From an uncultured bacterium (GTDB lineage: Bacteria > Acidobacteriota > Aminicenantia > Aminicenantales > Saccharicenantaceae): a DNA stretch of 64,000 nucleotides. Position numbers and translations under genes: made by a program. This document shows, in pieces, positions 9,431 to 18,183 of the stretch (position 1 is its first letter; each line of letters starts with the position of its first letter). The stretch lies in the NCBI GenBank assembly GCA_963827635.1, contig CAWHBV010000020.1, forward strand, positions 29,318 through 93,317, written 5' to 3'. The notes under the pieces are model-generated. The model made no database searches. It was not told where the DNA came from and was given only the letters and a program-made list of their open reading frames with translations.

Positions 9431-11506
9431 ATGAAAACCCGAGCCCTCGGCATCGCTCTTCTCGTCATCGCCGCGGCCGGCGTCCTGGCCGCCGCAGAGA
9501 AGATCTCGCCCGACCTCCAGCTCTGGCTCGAGGACGCCGGGCCGATCCTGACCAAGACCGAGCGGGCCGTCTTCAACAGGCTCCAAACCAACGTCGACCG
9601 GGCCAAATTCGTCCGTTTTTTCTGGCGGATGCGGGACCCCTACCCCGATACGGCCGAGAACGAGTTCCAGAAGGAATACGAGGAGCGCATCCGGTTCGCC
9701 GACAAGACCTTCGGCCACTTCTCGCCGAAGCGGGGCAGCCAGACCGACCGGGGCTACTTCCATGTTGTCCTCGGAAAGCCCCTCGAGCGGACGCAGTACA
9801 CGACGCAGTCCCAGGTCTGGCCCCTCGAGCTGTGGTTCTACAAAGGGGCCGAGGAGTACGGTCTGCCGGCCTATTTCTACCTGATCTTCTACCAGCCCGA
9901 CGGGATCGGCGACTTCCGCCTCTATTCCCCGACCGTCGAGGGCCCGGAGAAGCTCGTCATCCCCGCCCTCGGGAGCGGGGTGGCCGTGACCCGTTCGACC
10001 GCCCTCAACGCCATCAAGGGCGTCGGCCCGGAGCTGGCCAACGCCTCTCTGAGCTATCTGCCCAGCGATTCCTCGACGGGGACGGCTTCGTTCTCCTCCG
10101 ACACCATCATCGCCTCAGTCCGCGGCCTCCCGGAGAAGAAATTCTCCGATAACTACGCCCGCTCCTACATGAACTACAAGGACTACATCGAGACCGACTA
10201 TACGGACAACTACCTCCAGAGCGTCTTCCGGGTCCGGGTATTCCGGGCGGCCGGCCAGACCTTCCTCCATTGGGCCATCGAGCCGGAGAAGATGAACTTC
10301 GCCACCCAGGACGACGCGATCTACGCCAGCTTCGAGTTCGTCCTGAGGCTCGAGGACGGCCGGGGCCGGATGATCCACGAGACGACCGAAGAGATCCCGT
10401 TGAGGATCAGCCCCGAACAGTACAAGGCCCACGAGCGCCAACGCTTCTGCTTCCAGGACCTGCTGGCGGTGGCTCCGGGCGAGTATCGGGCTTTGTTCCT
10501 GCTCAAGAACAAGACCGCCAAGGACTTTTCGTCCTTCGAGACCCGGATCTCCGTGCCGCCAGACGGGGCGGCCGACCGGCCGGCGCTCGGCGCGCCGCTC
10601 CTCGCCTTTTCCCGGAGCGCGGTGCCCGAGGCCCAGAAGAGGAACCTCAAAGCCTTCGCCTTCGGCGGCCAGGATTATCTCGTCGGCGCCCGCAACGAGT
10701 TCACCCAGGCTTCGACCCTCGTCGCTCTCATCCAGGCCCGGAGTGACGCCGGCTCCGCGGCGGGGGCCCGGCCTTCGTTCGTCCTCGACCTCGTTTCGCT
10801 CGACACGGGCGAATCGAGCGGGACCTTCCCCTTGACCGAGGCGGCCGCCGATCCGGGTGACGCCTCGACGCTCCTCGTGTCGGGCTCGGCCCCGCTCAAA
10901 GACGTCAGGCCCGGCTACTATCGGGCGGAGGTCTCCGCCCGAGATGCCGACGGGCAGGTCCTCGCCGCGGCGAACGAGAATTTCGTCGTCCTGTCCCAGC
11001 CCGTCCCCGTCGTCCCCTGGGTCTACGGACGTCTGCACGGGCCGTTCCCGGGTCCCGAGCACCTCAAGGTCCTCGGCTCCCAGTACTTCCTCCAAGGGGA
11101 GTACGTCAAGTCCCGGCAGGTCCTGGAAAGGGTCCTCGAAAACCGGGAAGATCCGGCCGCCCGGCTGCTTCTCGCAAAAGTCCTCTACGGCCTGGGTCTC
11201 TTCAAGGAATCGCTTGCGCAGGCCGCCCCCCTCTACGAGCGCGGCGGGGACAGGGAGGCGGCCAAGGTGGCCGCCCTGGCCCACGCCGGCCTGAAGGACT
11301 GGAGCGCGGCCCTGCCGTATCTCGAGCGTCTTCTCGGCGAAGCGACCGAAGTCCCGGTCCTCAACCTGGCGGCCGAATGCCACCTGGCTCTGGGCCAGCC
11401 CGAAAGGGCCCTACCCCTCATCCTGAAATCACTCGCCCTCGCTCCCGACCAGCCCGCCGTCAAGGCGATGGAGGAGCAGGCGAAAAAACGCATCGAGCCA
11501 CGATAG
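9431..11506 (+). CDS. GWxTD-domain exported protein with beta-sandwich repeats and C-terminal TPR repeats
   Basis: Signal peptide. FVRFFWRMRDPYPDTAENEFQKEYEERIRFADKTFGHFSPKRGSQTDRGYFHVVLGKP matches the GWxTD-domain pattern (W replaced by S). TPR-like C-terminus (LGSQYFLQGEYVKSRQVLERVLE...). Confidence 0.7.
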   Translation: MKTRALGIALLVIAAAGVLAAAEKISPDLQLWLEDAGPILTKTERAVFNRLQTNVDRAKFVRFFWRMRDPYPDTAENEFQKEYEERIRFADKTFGHFSPKRGSQTDRGYFHVVLGKPLERTQYTTQSQVWPLELWFYKGAEEYGLPAYFYLIFYQPDGIGDFRLYSPTVEGPEKLVIPALGSGVAVTRSTALNAIKGVGPELANASLSYLPSDSSTGTASFSSDTIIASVRGLPEKKFSDNYARSYMNYKDYIETDYTDNYLQSVFRVRVFRAAGQTFLHWAIEPEKMNFATQDDAIYASFEFVLRLEDGRGRMIHETTEEIPLRISPEQYKAHERQRFCFQDLLAVAPGEYRALFLLKNKTAKDFSSFETRISVPPDGAADRPALGAPLLAFSRSAVPEAQKRNLKAFAFGGQDYLVGARNEFTQASTLVALIQARSDAGSAAGARPSFVLDLVSLDTGESSGTFPLTEAAADPGDASTLLVSGSAPLKDVRPGYYRAEVSARDADGQVLAAANENFVVLSQPVPVVPWVYGRLHGPFPGPEHLKVLGSQYFLQGEYVKSRQVLERVLENREDPAARLLLAKVLYGLGLFKESLAQAAPLYERGGDREAAKVAALAHAGLKDWSAALPYLERLLGEATEVPVLNLAAECHLALGQPERALPLILKSLALAPDQPAVKAMEEQAKKRIEPR

Positions 11507-11515
11507 GAGTCATCG

Positions 11516-12433
11516 ATGACATCCAAGAAAGCCGCATTCATCGTCCTTCTCGTACTCGCGTCCGTCGTCTCGGCCTGGCCCCAGTTCCAGGGCAAGGTCG
11601 CCGGAAAAGTCCTCGATCCGGCCGGGACTCCCGTCGAAAAGGCCGAGGTGAGCGTCATCTCGCAGAAAACCTCGTCCGTCCGTTACGAGTTCAAGACGGA
11701 CAAGGAAGGCCGCTTCCTCCAGATCGGGCTTATGCCCGGCTACTACATGATCACTGTCAAGAAGACCGGCTTCGTCTCGACCTCCAAGGAGATCCACATC
11801 GGCGTCGCGGGGGAGGAGGTTTTCGAGATCACGCTCAAGTCGGCGGCGGGCGAAGCGGAAAAGGCCTATTCCGCGGCCGACAAGGCCTTTCTCAAGGGCA
11901 ACAAGCTCTTCGCCGAGCAGAAGTTCGACGAGGCGGCCGCCGCTTACGGCGAAGCCATCGGGCTCGATCCGGCCAACTGGGCCTACCGGCTGAATCTCGG
12001 ACTGGCCCACAAGAAAGCCGGCCAGGCCGAGGCGGCCCTGGCCGAGTTCCGCAAGGCGGTCGAGCTCAATCCCGAGAGCTACAGCGCCAACAAGGAGACC
12101 GGCGAGTCCCTGGCCAAGGCCGACCAGTTCGCCGAGGCCAAGCCGTTCTACGAGAAGGCCGCCGGGCTGAGCCCCGAGGATCCCGACGCCCATTACAACC
12201 TCGGGGTCTGCCTGGTGAACGTCGGGGAGTCGGAGGCGGCCCTGCCCCGTTTCCAGAAGGCCGTGGAGCTCAAGTCCGATTACGCCGACGCCTACTACCA
12301 GATGGGGACCATCCTCATCGGACAGAACAAGGCCCCCGAGGCGATCGCCAGCCTGGAGCGTTTCCTGGCCCTGGCTCCCGAGCACGAGAAGGCCGGCATC
12401 GCCAGGCAGCTCCTGGAATTCCTTAAGAAGTAG
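11516..12433 (+). CDS. exported carboxypeptidase-regulatory-like domain + TPR repeat protein
   Basis: Signal peptide. GKVLDPAGTPVEKAEVSV...DKEGRFLQIGLMPGYYMITVKKTGF (CarboxypepD_reg fold), followed by several TPR units (AYRLNLGLAHKKAGQAEAALAEFRKAVELNP...). Starts 9 nt after the GWxTD gene. Confidence 0.7.
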   Translation: MTSKKAAFIVLLVLASVVSAWPQFQGKVAGKVLDPAGTPVEKAEVSVISQKTSSVRYEFKTDKEGRFLQIGLMPGYYMITVKKTGFVSTSKEIHIGVAGEEVFEITLKSAAGEAEKAYSAADKAFLKGNKLFAEQKFDEAAAAYGEAIGLDPANWAYRLNLGLAHKKAGQAEAALAEFRKAVELNPESYSANKETGESLAKADQFAEAKPFYEKAAGLSPEDPDAHYNLGVCLVNVGESEAALPRFQKAVELKSDYADAYYQMGTILIGQNKAPEAIASLERFLALAPEHEKAGIARQLLEFLKK

Positions 12434-12434
12434 A

Positions 12435-12478
12435 CAAAAAAAAGGGCCGCCCCGGGCGGGGGCGGCCCTCGTTCGTTA
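12435..12478. terminator. bidirectional rho-independent terminator between convergent genes
   Basis: Stem GGGCCGCCCC (12444-12453) / GGGGCGGCCC (12459-12468). Flanked by A8 on the left and a T-rich stretch (TCGTTCGTT) on the right. Confidence 0.7.
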
Positions 12479-12490
12479 TCTAGGCAGTGA

Positions 12491-13561
12491 TCACTTCACG
12501 ACGAAAGCCATGCGGGCTTCGCCCTTCTTGCCGGAGACCTTGTCCGCGATCGTGGCCACGAGGCCGTACTTGCCCGCGGGCAGGGGCTTCTTTTCGGTGC
12601 TCAGGACCGTGCCCTTCTCGTCCATCTTCTGGAGCGTCTGGACGAGCGGCAGAGGCTGGTTGACGAAGTAGGCCTCGTAGGTCTGGGGGGCCCACTTGAT
12701 GGCGGTCTTGCCTTCCCCGTCCAGGACTTCGAAATTGACTTCGAGGTCCAGCACCGGCCGCGGCGCGGCGGGATCCTTGAAGGCGGCGCCGAGGACGAAG
12801 AAGAAGACCTCGAGGTCCTGGCCGACCGCGATCTCGCCGCTGATGTTGGCGACGAACTTGATCGCGCCCCAGGTGAAGAAGCCGCGATGGAGCGTCGGGC
12901 GCTGATCGGGCTCGACCTGTTCCATGCCGGTCACGATGACCGGATCGGTCGGCGCCAGGGAAGCCTCGTAGGTTTCCGGGCCGTTCAGGGTGACGTCGGC
13001 GTAGGCGACGCTGAGCTTCTTCATGTCGGGCGTGCTGAGGACCAGAGCCAGCGTGTACTGGCCGGCGGGCATGCCGAGGCCGAAGGAATACCAATCCTCC
13101 TTCTCGGCGCTGTATTCGGCGCCGGGGATCGTCAGCACGACTTGGGACTTGCCGCCCATCTTGGGGGCCATGGTGCCGTCGGCGGCCGGCTGGAAGAACT
13201 GGAAGAAGGCGACGAGGTTCGCCTCCATGTCCCCCGTGCCGGAAGCCGCGGGCGCGAAGCCGAGGTCGGCGTTCTTGGCCTTGATGAAGAAGACGGGGTA
13301 GTTGTTGTTCCCCTGGGCCGGGAGCACGAGCTGTTTGAAGAAGCTGAAGGGGATGTCCTGACGACCCTGCCGGGTGGCCAGGCCTTCCTGGATCACAGCC
13401 GCGATCTCTTTGGGCAAACCGGACTTGGCCGGGGCCTTGGCCGCCACCTTGGCGTCCTGTTTCTTGCCTTGGATTCCGGGCGCCGCCTGCACGGAAACGG
13501 TGACGATGCCGATCACGAATAGGAACGCGAGCGCGGCCGCGAACGTTCTGGAAGTCTTCAT
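12491..13561 (-). CDS. hypothetical exported protein (355 aa)
   Basis: I chose the start at ATG 13561 (AGGAGGA 5 nt upstream; MKTSRTFAAALAFLFVIGIVTVSVQA signal peptide). No recognisable catalytic motif. The C-terminal segment PLPAGKYGLVATIADKVSGKKGEARMAFVV resembles repeat modules in the adjacent GWxTD protein. Confidence 0.6.
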   Translation of the reverse strand: MKTSRTFAAALAFLFVIGIVTVSVQAAPGIQGKKQDAKVAAKAPAKSGLPKEIAAVIQEGLATRQGRQDIPFSFFKQLVLPAQGNNNYPVFFIKAKNADLGFAPAASGTGDMEANLVAFFQFFQPAADGTMAPKMGGKSQVVLTIPGAEYSAEKEDWYSFGLGMPAGQYTLALVLSTPDMKKLSVAYADVTLNGPETYEASLAPTDPVIVTGMEQVEPDQRPTLHRGFFTWGAIKFVANISGEIAVGQDLEVFFFVLGAAFKDPAAPRPVLDLEVNFEVLDGEGKTAIKWAPQTYEAYFVNQPLPLVQTLQKMDEKGTVLSTEKKPLPAGKYGLVATIADKVSGKKGEARMAFVVK

Positions 13562-13751
13562 TTTTCCTCCTGAAATTTTCATCTCATTCACTTCCACTTT
13601 CTACTAGAGCAATTCTCATGCCAACTTTCCCGGCAGGAGCGCCCTCTCTCTCGGGGATGCCCGGCGGTCGGTGTAAAGGACTTTTACAGCCTTTATACGT
13701 TCCGCGCTGCGGCTTCCGGGGAGGCGGAAAGGATGAGTAATATATCAAATT

Positions 13752-14774
13752 TCATTTATTTTTCAATTCCCGATAGGCCCGCACGGCGTCGAGATGCTCG
13801 CCAAGGGTCCGGCTGAAATTGTGACGGCCGTCGCCGCGGGCGACGAAGTAGAGATATTTCGCCGCCGCGGGGTGGAGGGCCGCGTCGATGCTCGACTTCC
13901 CGGGATTCGAAATGGGCCCCGGCGGGAGTCCGGCGTGGAGGTAGGTGTTGTAGGGCGACGGGAACTTGAGGTCGCGCAGGAGGAGCCGGCCCGTGTACCG
14001 GCCTTCGCGCTTGAGGGCGTAGGCGATGGTCGGATCGCAGTCGAGCTTCATCCCGATCCTCAGCCGGTTGTGAAAGACGGCCGAGACGAGCGGCCGCTCT
14101 TCGGGGACGGCCGTCTCCTCCTCGATGAGCGAAGCCAGCGTCACGACGTCCCGGACGCTCAGTCCCAGCTCCGCGGCGCGCCGCCGGCGGCTCTCGTCGA
14201 AGATTCCGCGGAATCCTTCGACCATGGCCGCGACGATGTCGGACTCGGTCGCGCCGCGCGGCAGGTGGTAGGTGTCCGGAAAGAGGTAGCCTTCGAGGTC
14301 CCGGGCCCGGGGGTCCCATTCGGCCGCAAGGCCGGCGTCGAGGAACGCCCGGCGGAAGGCCGCGGCGCCGTCGGGATCGCCGGGCCGGAGGAGGTCCTCG
14401 ATCTCCTGCCCGGTCAGGCCCTCGGGGACCGTGACGGGCCGGAGGTGGACGCGGCCGCCGAAGATGCGGAAGAGCATGTCCTTGGGCGGAAGCGCGGGCG
14501 AAAGCATGTACTCGCCGGCTTTGAAGCTTTCGTCGGGGAAGTAGAGGCGGCCGGCCAGACGGAGCGGCAGGGCCGCGCGGACGAGGCCGCGTTCGCGGAG
14601 GCCTTCGACGACGCCGCGGGCGGTCGTCCCCTTCCCGACGTCGAAGAGCGCGGACGCGGCGCCCCTGTCCGCGGGCGTGGCCAGCTCCCGCGCGAGCCAG
14701 CCGGTGAGAGCCGCCACGAGGAAGACGGCGGCCAGCAGGAGGGACTTAATCGCCTTCGGGACCACGGGCCTCAC
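13752..14774 (-). CDS. mltG: endolytic murein transglycosylase MltG (YceG family)
   Basis: N-terminal TM anchor. YceG-like core with ...LASLIEEETAVPEERPLVSAVFHNRLRIGMKLDCDPTIAY...PYNTYLHAGLPPGPISNPG...YLYFVARGDGRHNFS. Confidence 0.85.
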   Translation of the reverse strand: MRPVVPKAIKSLLLAAVFLVAALTGWLARELATPADRGAASALFDVGKGTTARGVVEGLRERGLVRAALPLRLAGRLYFPDESFKAGEYMLSPALPPKDMLFRIFGGRVHLRPVTVPEGLTGQEIEDLLRPGDPDGAAAFRRAFLDAGLAAEWDPRARDLEGYLFPDTYHLPRGATESDIVAAMVEGFRGIFDESRRRRAAELGLSVRDVVTLASLIEEETAVPEERPLVSAVFHNRLRIGMKLDCDPTIAYALKREGRYTGRLLLRDLKFPSPYNTYLHAGLPPGPISNPGKSSIDAALHPAAAKYLYFVARGDGRHNFSRTLGEHLDAVRAYRELKNK

Positions 14775-15186
14775 CGCGCTTGCGCTCGAGGTAGGTCGAA
14801 AGGATGATGACCGCCGCCACCTGGTCCTCCCAGACCTTCTTTTTCTTTCCGCGGAGCCTGTCGTCGTCGAGGTCCTTGAGCGCCTGCCGGGTCGTCAGCC
14901 GCTCGTCGAGCAGCACGACAGGCAGGCCCAACACTTTCTTCAGCCAGGCGGCGAAGGACCGGGCCTTCCCGGACCGCGTTCCGGTGCTGCCGTCCATGAG
15001 CAGGGGATCCCCGAGGACGATCTCGCCGACGTCGTGCCGGGCGACGAGGTCCTGGAAGTAGCGCCGGTCGACGTCCTCGCGGCCCGTGAGCGTGTAGGAG
15101 GCGAAGGGCTGGGCGGTGATGAGCAGAGGATCGCTCAGGGCCAGGCCGACGTGGCGGTCGCCGTGGTCGATCCCCAGGATCCGCAT
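14746..15186 (-). CDS. ruvX: Holliday-junction-resolvase-like nuclease RuvX (YqgF)
   Basis: MRILGIDHGDRHVGLALSDPLLITAQPF...GDPLLMDGSTGTRSGKARSFAAWL...LLDERLTTRQA. Only the C-terminal 146 codons of track ORF 14746..15798 are used. The ATG shares one base with the ddl stop (TGATG). Confidence 0.85.
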   Translation of the reverse strand: MRILGIDHGDRHVGLALSDPLLITAQPFASYTLTGREDVDRRYFQDLVARHDVGEIVLGDPLLMDGSTGTRSGKARSFAAWLKKVLGLPVVLLDERLTTRQALKDLDDDRLRGKKKKVWEDQVAAVIILSTYLERKRGEARGPEGD

Positions 15187-16250
15187 CAGCGGTCCCTTTC
15201 GACGCAGGCTTTCCTGGCGCGGTGCCGTTCGAAGCCGAGCTCGACGAGCCGGTCGAGAAGCCGCGGGAACGGCAGGCCCGAGACGGCCCAGAGCTTGGGG
15301 TACATGCTGATCTCGGTGAAGCCCGGGATGGTGTTGATCTCGTTGATGTAGAGGCGGCCCGTGCTCTTCTCGAGGAAGAAGTCGACCCGGGCCATCCCGG
15401 AGCAGGCCAGGGCCTCGAAGGCGGCGACGGCGAGCGTCCGGATGCGGGCGAGGGTCCGCGGTGCGAGCGCGGCCGGGATGACGAAGGTCGTCTTGCCGTC
15501 CTCGTACTTGTCGCTGTAGTCGTAGAACTCCCGGTGGGGGATGATCTCTCCGGGGAGCGACGCCTCGGGCACGTCGTTCCCGAGGACACTGACCTCGAGC
15601 TCGCGGCCGGAGATGCCCTTCTCGACGAGGGCGACGGCATCGTAGCGGAAGGCGGTCTCGAGCGCGGCGGCGAGGTCCTCGTGACGCTTGACCTTGGTGA
15701 TGCCGACGCTCGAGCCGAGGTTCGCGGGCTTGACGAAGAGCGGCAGGGGCAGCGACCGCCGGACGCGGCGGAGGAACTGCGGGGCGTCCGCCCGCCACTC
15801 CGTCTCGCGCACGACGAGGCAGGGGACGACGGGCAGGCCGCGGTCGCGAAGGACCGACTTGGCCAGGGCTTTGTCCATGCCCAGGGCCGACCCGGCGACG
15901 CCGGCCCCGACGTAGGGGACGCCGGCCATCTCGAACAGCCCCTGGACTGTGCCGTCCTCGCCGAAGGGGCCGTGGAGGACGGGGAAATAGATGTCGATCT
16001 CGGGCCCCCCGGCCGGGGCCCCGGCTTTCCAGGGGAGGAAAGAGCGGGCCGGACCGGCCTCGAGAGCCCGGATGTCCGTCGAGGGCGCCTCGACGGCCTT
16101 CCAGAGGCCGTTGCGGGTGATGTAGATCGACCGGACGTCGTATTTGCCCCGGTCCAGGTTCCCGTGGACGGCCACAGCCGAGACCAGGGAGACCTCGTGC
16201 TCGGCCGACCGCCCCCCGAAGACCAGGCCGACGGTGGTTTTTTTTGACAT
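15186..16250 (-). CDS. ddl: D-alanine--D-alanine ligase
   Basis: VGLVFGGRSAEHEVSLVSA...FPVLHGPFGEDGTVQGLFE...ATP-grasp...YINEINTIPGFT. Confidence 0.95.
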   Translation of the reverse strand: MSKKTTVGLVFGGRSAEHEVSLVSAVAVHGNLDRGKYDVRSIYITRNGLWKAVEAPSTDIRALEAGPARSFLPWKAGAPAGGPEIDIYFPVLHGPFGEDGTVQGLFEMAGVPYVGAGVAGSALGMDKALAKSVLRDRGLPVVPCLVVRETEWRADAPQFLRRVRRSLPLPLFVKPANLGSSVGITKVKRHEDLAAALETAFRYDAVALVEKGISGRELEVSVLGNDVPEASLPGEIIPHREFYDYSDKYEDGKTTFVIPAALAPRTLARIRTLAVAAFEALACSGMARVDFFLEKSTGRLYINEINTIPGFTEISMYPKLWAVSGLPFPRLLDRLVELGFERHRARKACVERDR

Positions 16251-16340
16251 TCGGGCCCTCGGCGCGACTAATTATATGGTTTGAATCATTTTATTGGAAT
16301 CGGGGTCGATTGTCCATCGGGAGCGGGTGCTAACTATGTG

Positions 16341-16370
16341 TTGACAGCCGCTCGAACCGGCCCCTATAAT
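16341..16370 (+). promoter_or_regulatory. near-consensus sigma-70 promoter
   Basis: TTGACA (16341-16346), 18-nt spacer, TATAAT (16365-16370). About 39 nt upstream of ATG 16409. Confidence 0.6.
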
Positions 16371-16408
16371 AGCGCCGGGTGGAACTTCTTCGGCCGAGAG
16401 GTGTGACG

Positions 16409-17215
16409 ATGAGCAGAAAACAGATCCTTAGCGGGTGCCTGAGCCTTTGTGTCCTCGCCGGTCTCGTCCTGGCCGTGCCGGGACGTCCGCTCGCCCAGGA
16501 GGTCGCGCAGGACCAGATCCGGAGGGCGAAGATCTTCGACGAAAATTACCAGCTCATCAACGAATCCGATCTCAACTGCTCCTTCTACATGCAGGAGGAG
16601 GGGAAGCTCCTGCCCGACATCCAGATCATCGGCGCCGCGCGGATGAACGAGAAGAGCCTCTTCGAGGACGGCGACGTCATCTACATCAACAAGGGCGCGG
16701 CCGACGGGATCGAGATCGGCCAGCTCTTCCTCACGGTCGGGCTCCGGGCCAAGGTCGGCAAGCTCGGCACCGTCATGGAGCGCCACGGCCGGGCCCGCAT
16801 CGTCCGCCTGGACGACGGCATGGCCACGGCCAAGGTCGAAAAGGGCTGCGGCACGATCAAGGTCGGCGACTTCCTGCTTCCGTTCGAGGAAGGGGAGGGC
16901 GAGATCGGCAGCGACCTCGGCTACGGCGACATGGACCCCAACGCCAGCAAGAAGGGCAAGGTCGTCTACATCGAGAACGATTTCCACATCTCCGGCTCCG
17001 GGCAGTGGGCCCTGATCGACATGGGCCGCCAGCACTGCGTCCAGATCGGCGACCAGCTCAACGTCTACCACCGGGCCAAGACCAACCTGCCGCGCGAGGC
17101 CGTCGCCAGCGCCATCATCATCGACGTCCGCGGCGCGACCTCGACGATCAAGATCCTCGGCGCCCGCGACGTCGTCGACATCGGCAGCGAAGTCCAGATC
17201 AACCTGGCCAAGTAA
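16409..17215 (+). CDS. hypothetical exported protein (268 aa)
   Basis: ATG 16409 with GAGAGG upstream. Signal peptide MSRKQILSGCLSLCVLAGLVLAVPGRPLAQE. Normal, non-repetitive composition. No family recognised. Confidence 0.6.
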   Translation: MSRKQILSGCLSLCVLAGLVLAVPGRPLAQEVAQDQIRRAKIFDENYQLINESDLNCSFYMQEEGKLLPDIQIIGAARMNEKSLFEDGDVIYINKGAADGIEIGQLFLTVGLRAKVGKLGTVMERHGRARIVRLDDGMATAKVEKGCGTIKVGDFLLPFEEGEGEIGSDLGYGDMDPNASKKGKVVYIENDFHISGSGQWALIDMGRQHCVQIGDQLNVYHRAKTNLPREAVASAIIIDVRGATSTIKILGARDVVDIGSEVQINLAK

Positions 17216-17258
17216 GCGTCGGGACGGGGATCGGACATGTCCCGTCTCCCGCTTCCGG

Positions 17259-17287
17259 TTGACAGCCCCCCGGGATTCTGTTAGTTT
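17259..17287 (+). promoter_or_regulatory. candidate sigma-70 promoter of the tRNA pair
   Basis: TTGACA (17259-17264), 17-nt spacer, TAGTTT (17282-17287). About 34 nt upstream of tRNA-Gly. Confidence 0.45.
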
Positions 17288-17320
17288 AAGGCGTGCTGTC
17301 CCCCGAAAAGGGACGAGCGG

Positions 17321-17395
17321 GCGGGCGTAGTTCAGTGGTAGAACGTCTGCTTGCCATGCAGAAGGTCGTGGGTTCAAGTCCCATCGCCCGCTCCA
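17321..17395 (+). tRNA. tRNA-Gly (anticodon GCC)
   Basis: Hand-folded cloverleaf: acceptor GCGGGCG/CGCCCGC, D arm GTTC..GAAC, anticodon stem TCTGC/GCAGA with loop TTGCCAT, T arm GTGGG-TTCAAGT-CCCAT, encoded CCA. Confidence 0.9.
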
Positions 17396-17423
17396 AGCAT
17401 CTTCCTTCACTCATGTCGGAACT

Positions 17424-17499
17424 GGCGCGGTACCCAAGCGGCTAAGGGAGAGGTCTGCAAAACCTTTATTCGTCGGTTCGAGTCCGACCCGCGCCTCCA
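17424..17499 (+). tRNA. tRNA-Cys (anticodon GCA)
   Basis: Acceptor GGCGCGG/CCGCGCC, anticodon stem GAGGT/ACCTT with loop CTGCAAA, T arm GTCGG-TTCGAGT-CCGAC, encoded CCA. Confidence 0.85.
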
Positions 17500-17592
17500 T
17501 TTTCCCCCGTCCTCCCGATCGGCGCTGCCGCCGCATTGACTCCCTTCCGCCCCGCGGTATATAGTCGGGCCGCACGCAGGAAGGAGGCCCCT

Positions 17593-18183
17593 ATGGATAT
17601 CGTCGCGAGAGTCCAGTCGATCATCCTGAACCCCAAAGAGGAGTGGGTCCGGATCAAGGCCGAGCCGGCGACCGTCCGCGATCTCTTCCGGTCCTACATC
17701 ATGATCCTCGCGGCCGTGCCGGCCGTCGGCCAGCTCCTCGGGCACATCCTCGTCGGCCGCCGTCTGCCCATGATCGGCCGCTACAGGGGGCCGATCGGCA
17801 GCGCCCTGGCCAACGCCATCCTGACCTATGTCCTGGCGCTGGCGGCCGTCTATCTCTTCGCCCTGATCATCAACGAGCTGGCCCCGAGCTTCGCCTCGAC
17901 CAAGAACATGACGGCGGCCCTGAAGCTCGCCGCCTACAGCATGACGCCGGCCTGGGTGGCGGGGATCCTGTACATCGTCCCCGGTCTCGCCAACCTGGTC
18001 ATCCTGGCGTCCCTCTACGGCCTGTACCTGCTCTACCTGGGATTCGCGACGCCCATGATGGAGACGCCCAAGGACAAGGTCCCGGCCTACGTGGGGATCA
18101 GCTTCGTCGTCGCCGTCGTCCTCTTCGGCGTCCTCGGCTGGGTCCTGAGGGTGATCTTCGCCGTCCGTTACGGCCGGCTCTGA
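17593..18183 (+). CDS. Yip1-family integral membrane protein
   Basis: ATG 17593 preceded by AAGGAGG. MDIVARVQSIILNPKEEWVRIKAEPATVRDLFRSYIMILAAVPAV..., followed by five hydrophobic helices. This is the typical Yip1/DUF1282 layout. Confidence 0.65.
   Translation: MDIVARVQSIILNPKEEWVRIKAEPATVRDLFRSYIMILAAVPAVGQLLGHILVGRRLPMIGRYRGPIGSALANAILTYVLALAAVYLFALIINELAPSFASTKNMTAALKLAAYSMTPAWVAGILYIVPGLANLVILASLYGLYLLYLGFATPMMETPKDKVPAYVGISFVVAVVLFGVLGWVLRVIFAVRYGRL

Noticed and set aside
17220-17250. Terminator hairpin after the 16409..17215 gene (GGGACGGGGATCGGACATGTCCCGTCTCCC).
   Set aside because: Only a 6-bp stem (CGGGAC/GTCCCG) with a 13-nt loop, plus a loop-less palindrome GGACATGTCC, can be drawn, and there is no U-tract. 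This is too weak to call.
17216-17592. tRNA-Gly/tRNA-Cys pair as an integration hotspot or genomic-island border.
   Set aside because: There is no integrase, no direct repeat of the tRNA 3' end nearby, and the flanking genes (Yip1, pyrF) are ordinary chromosomal genes.
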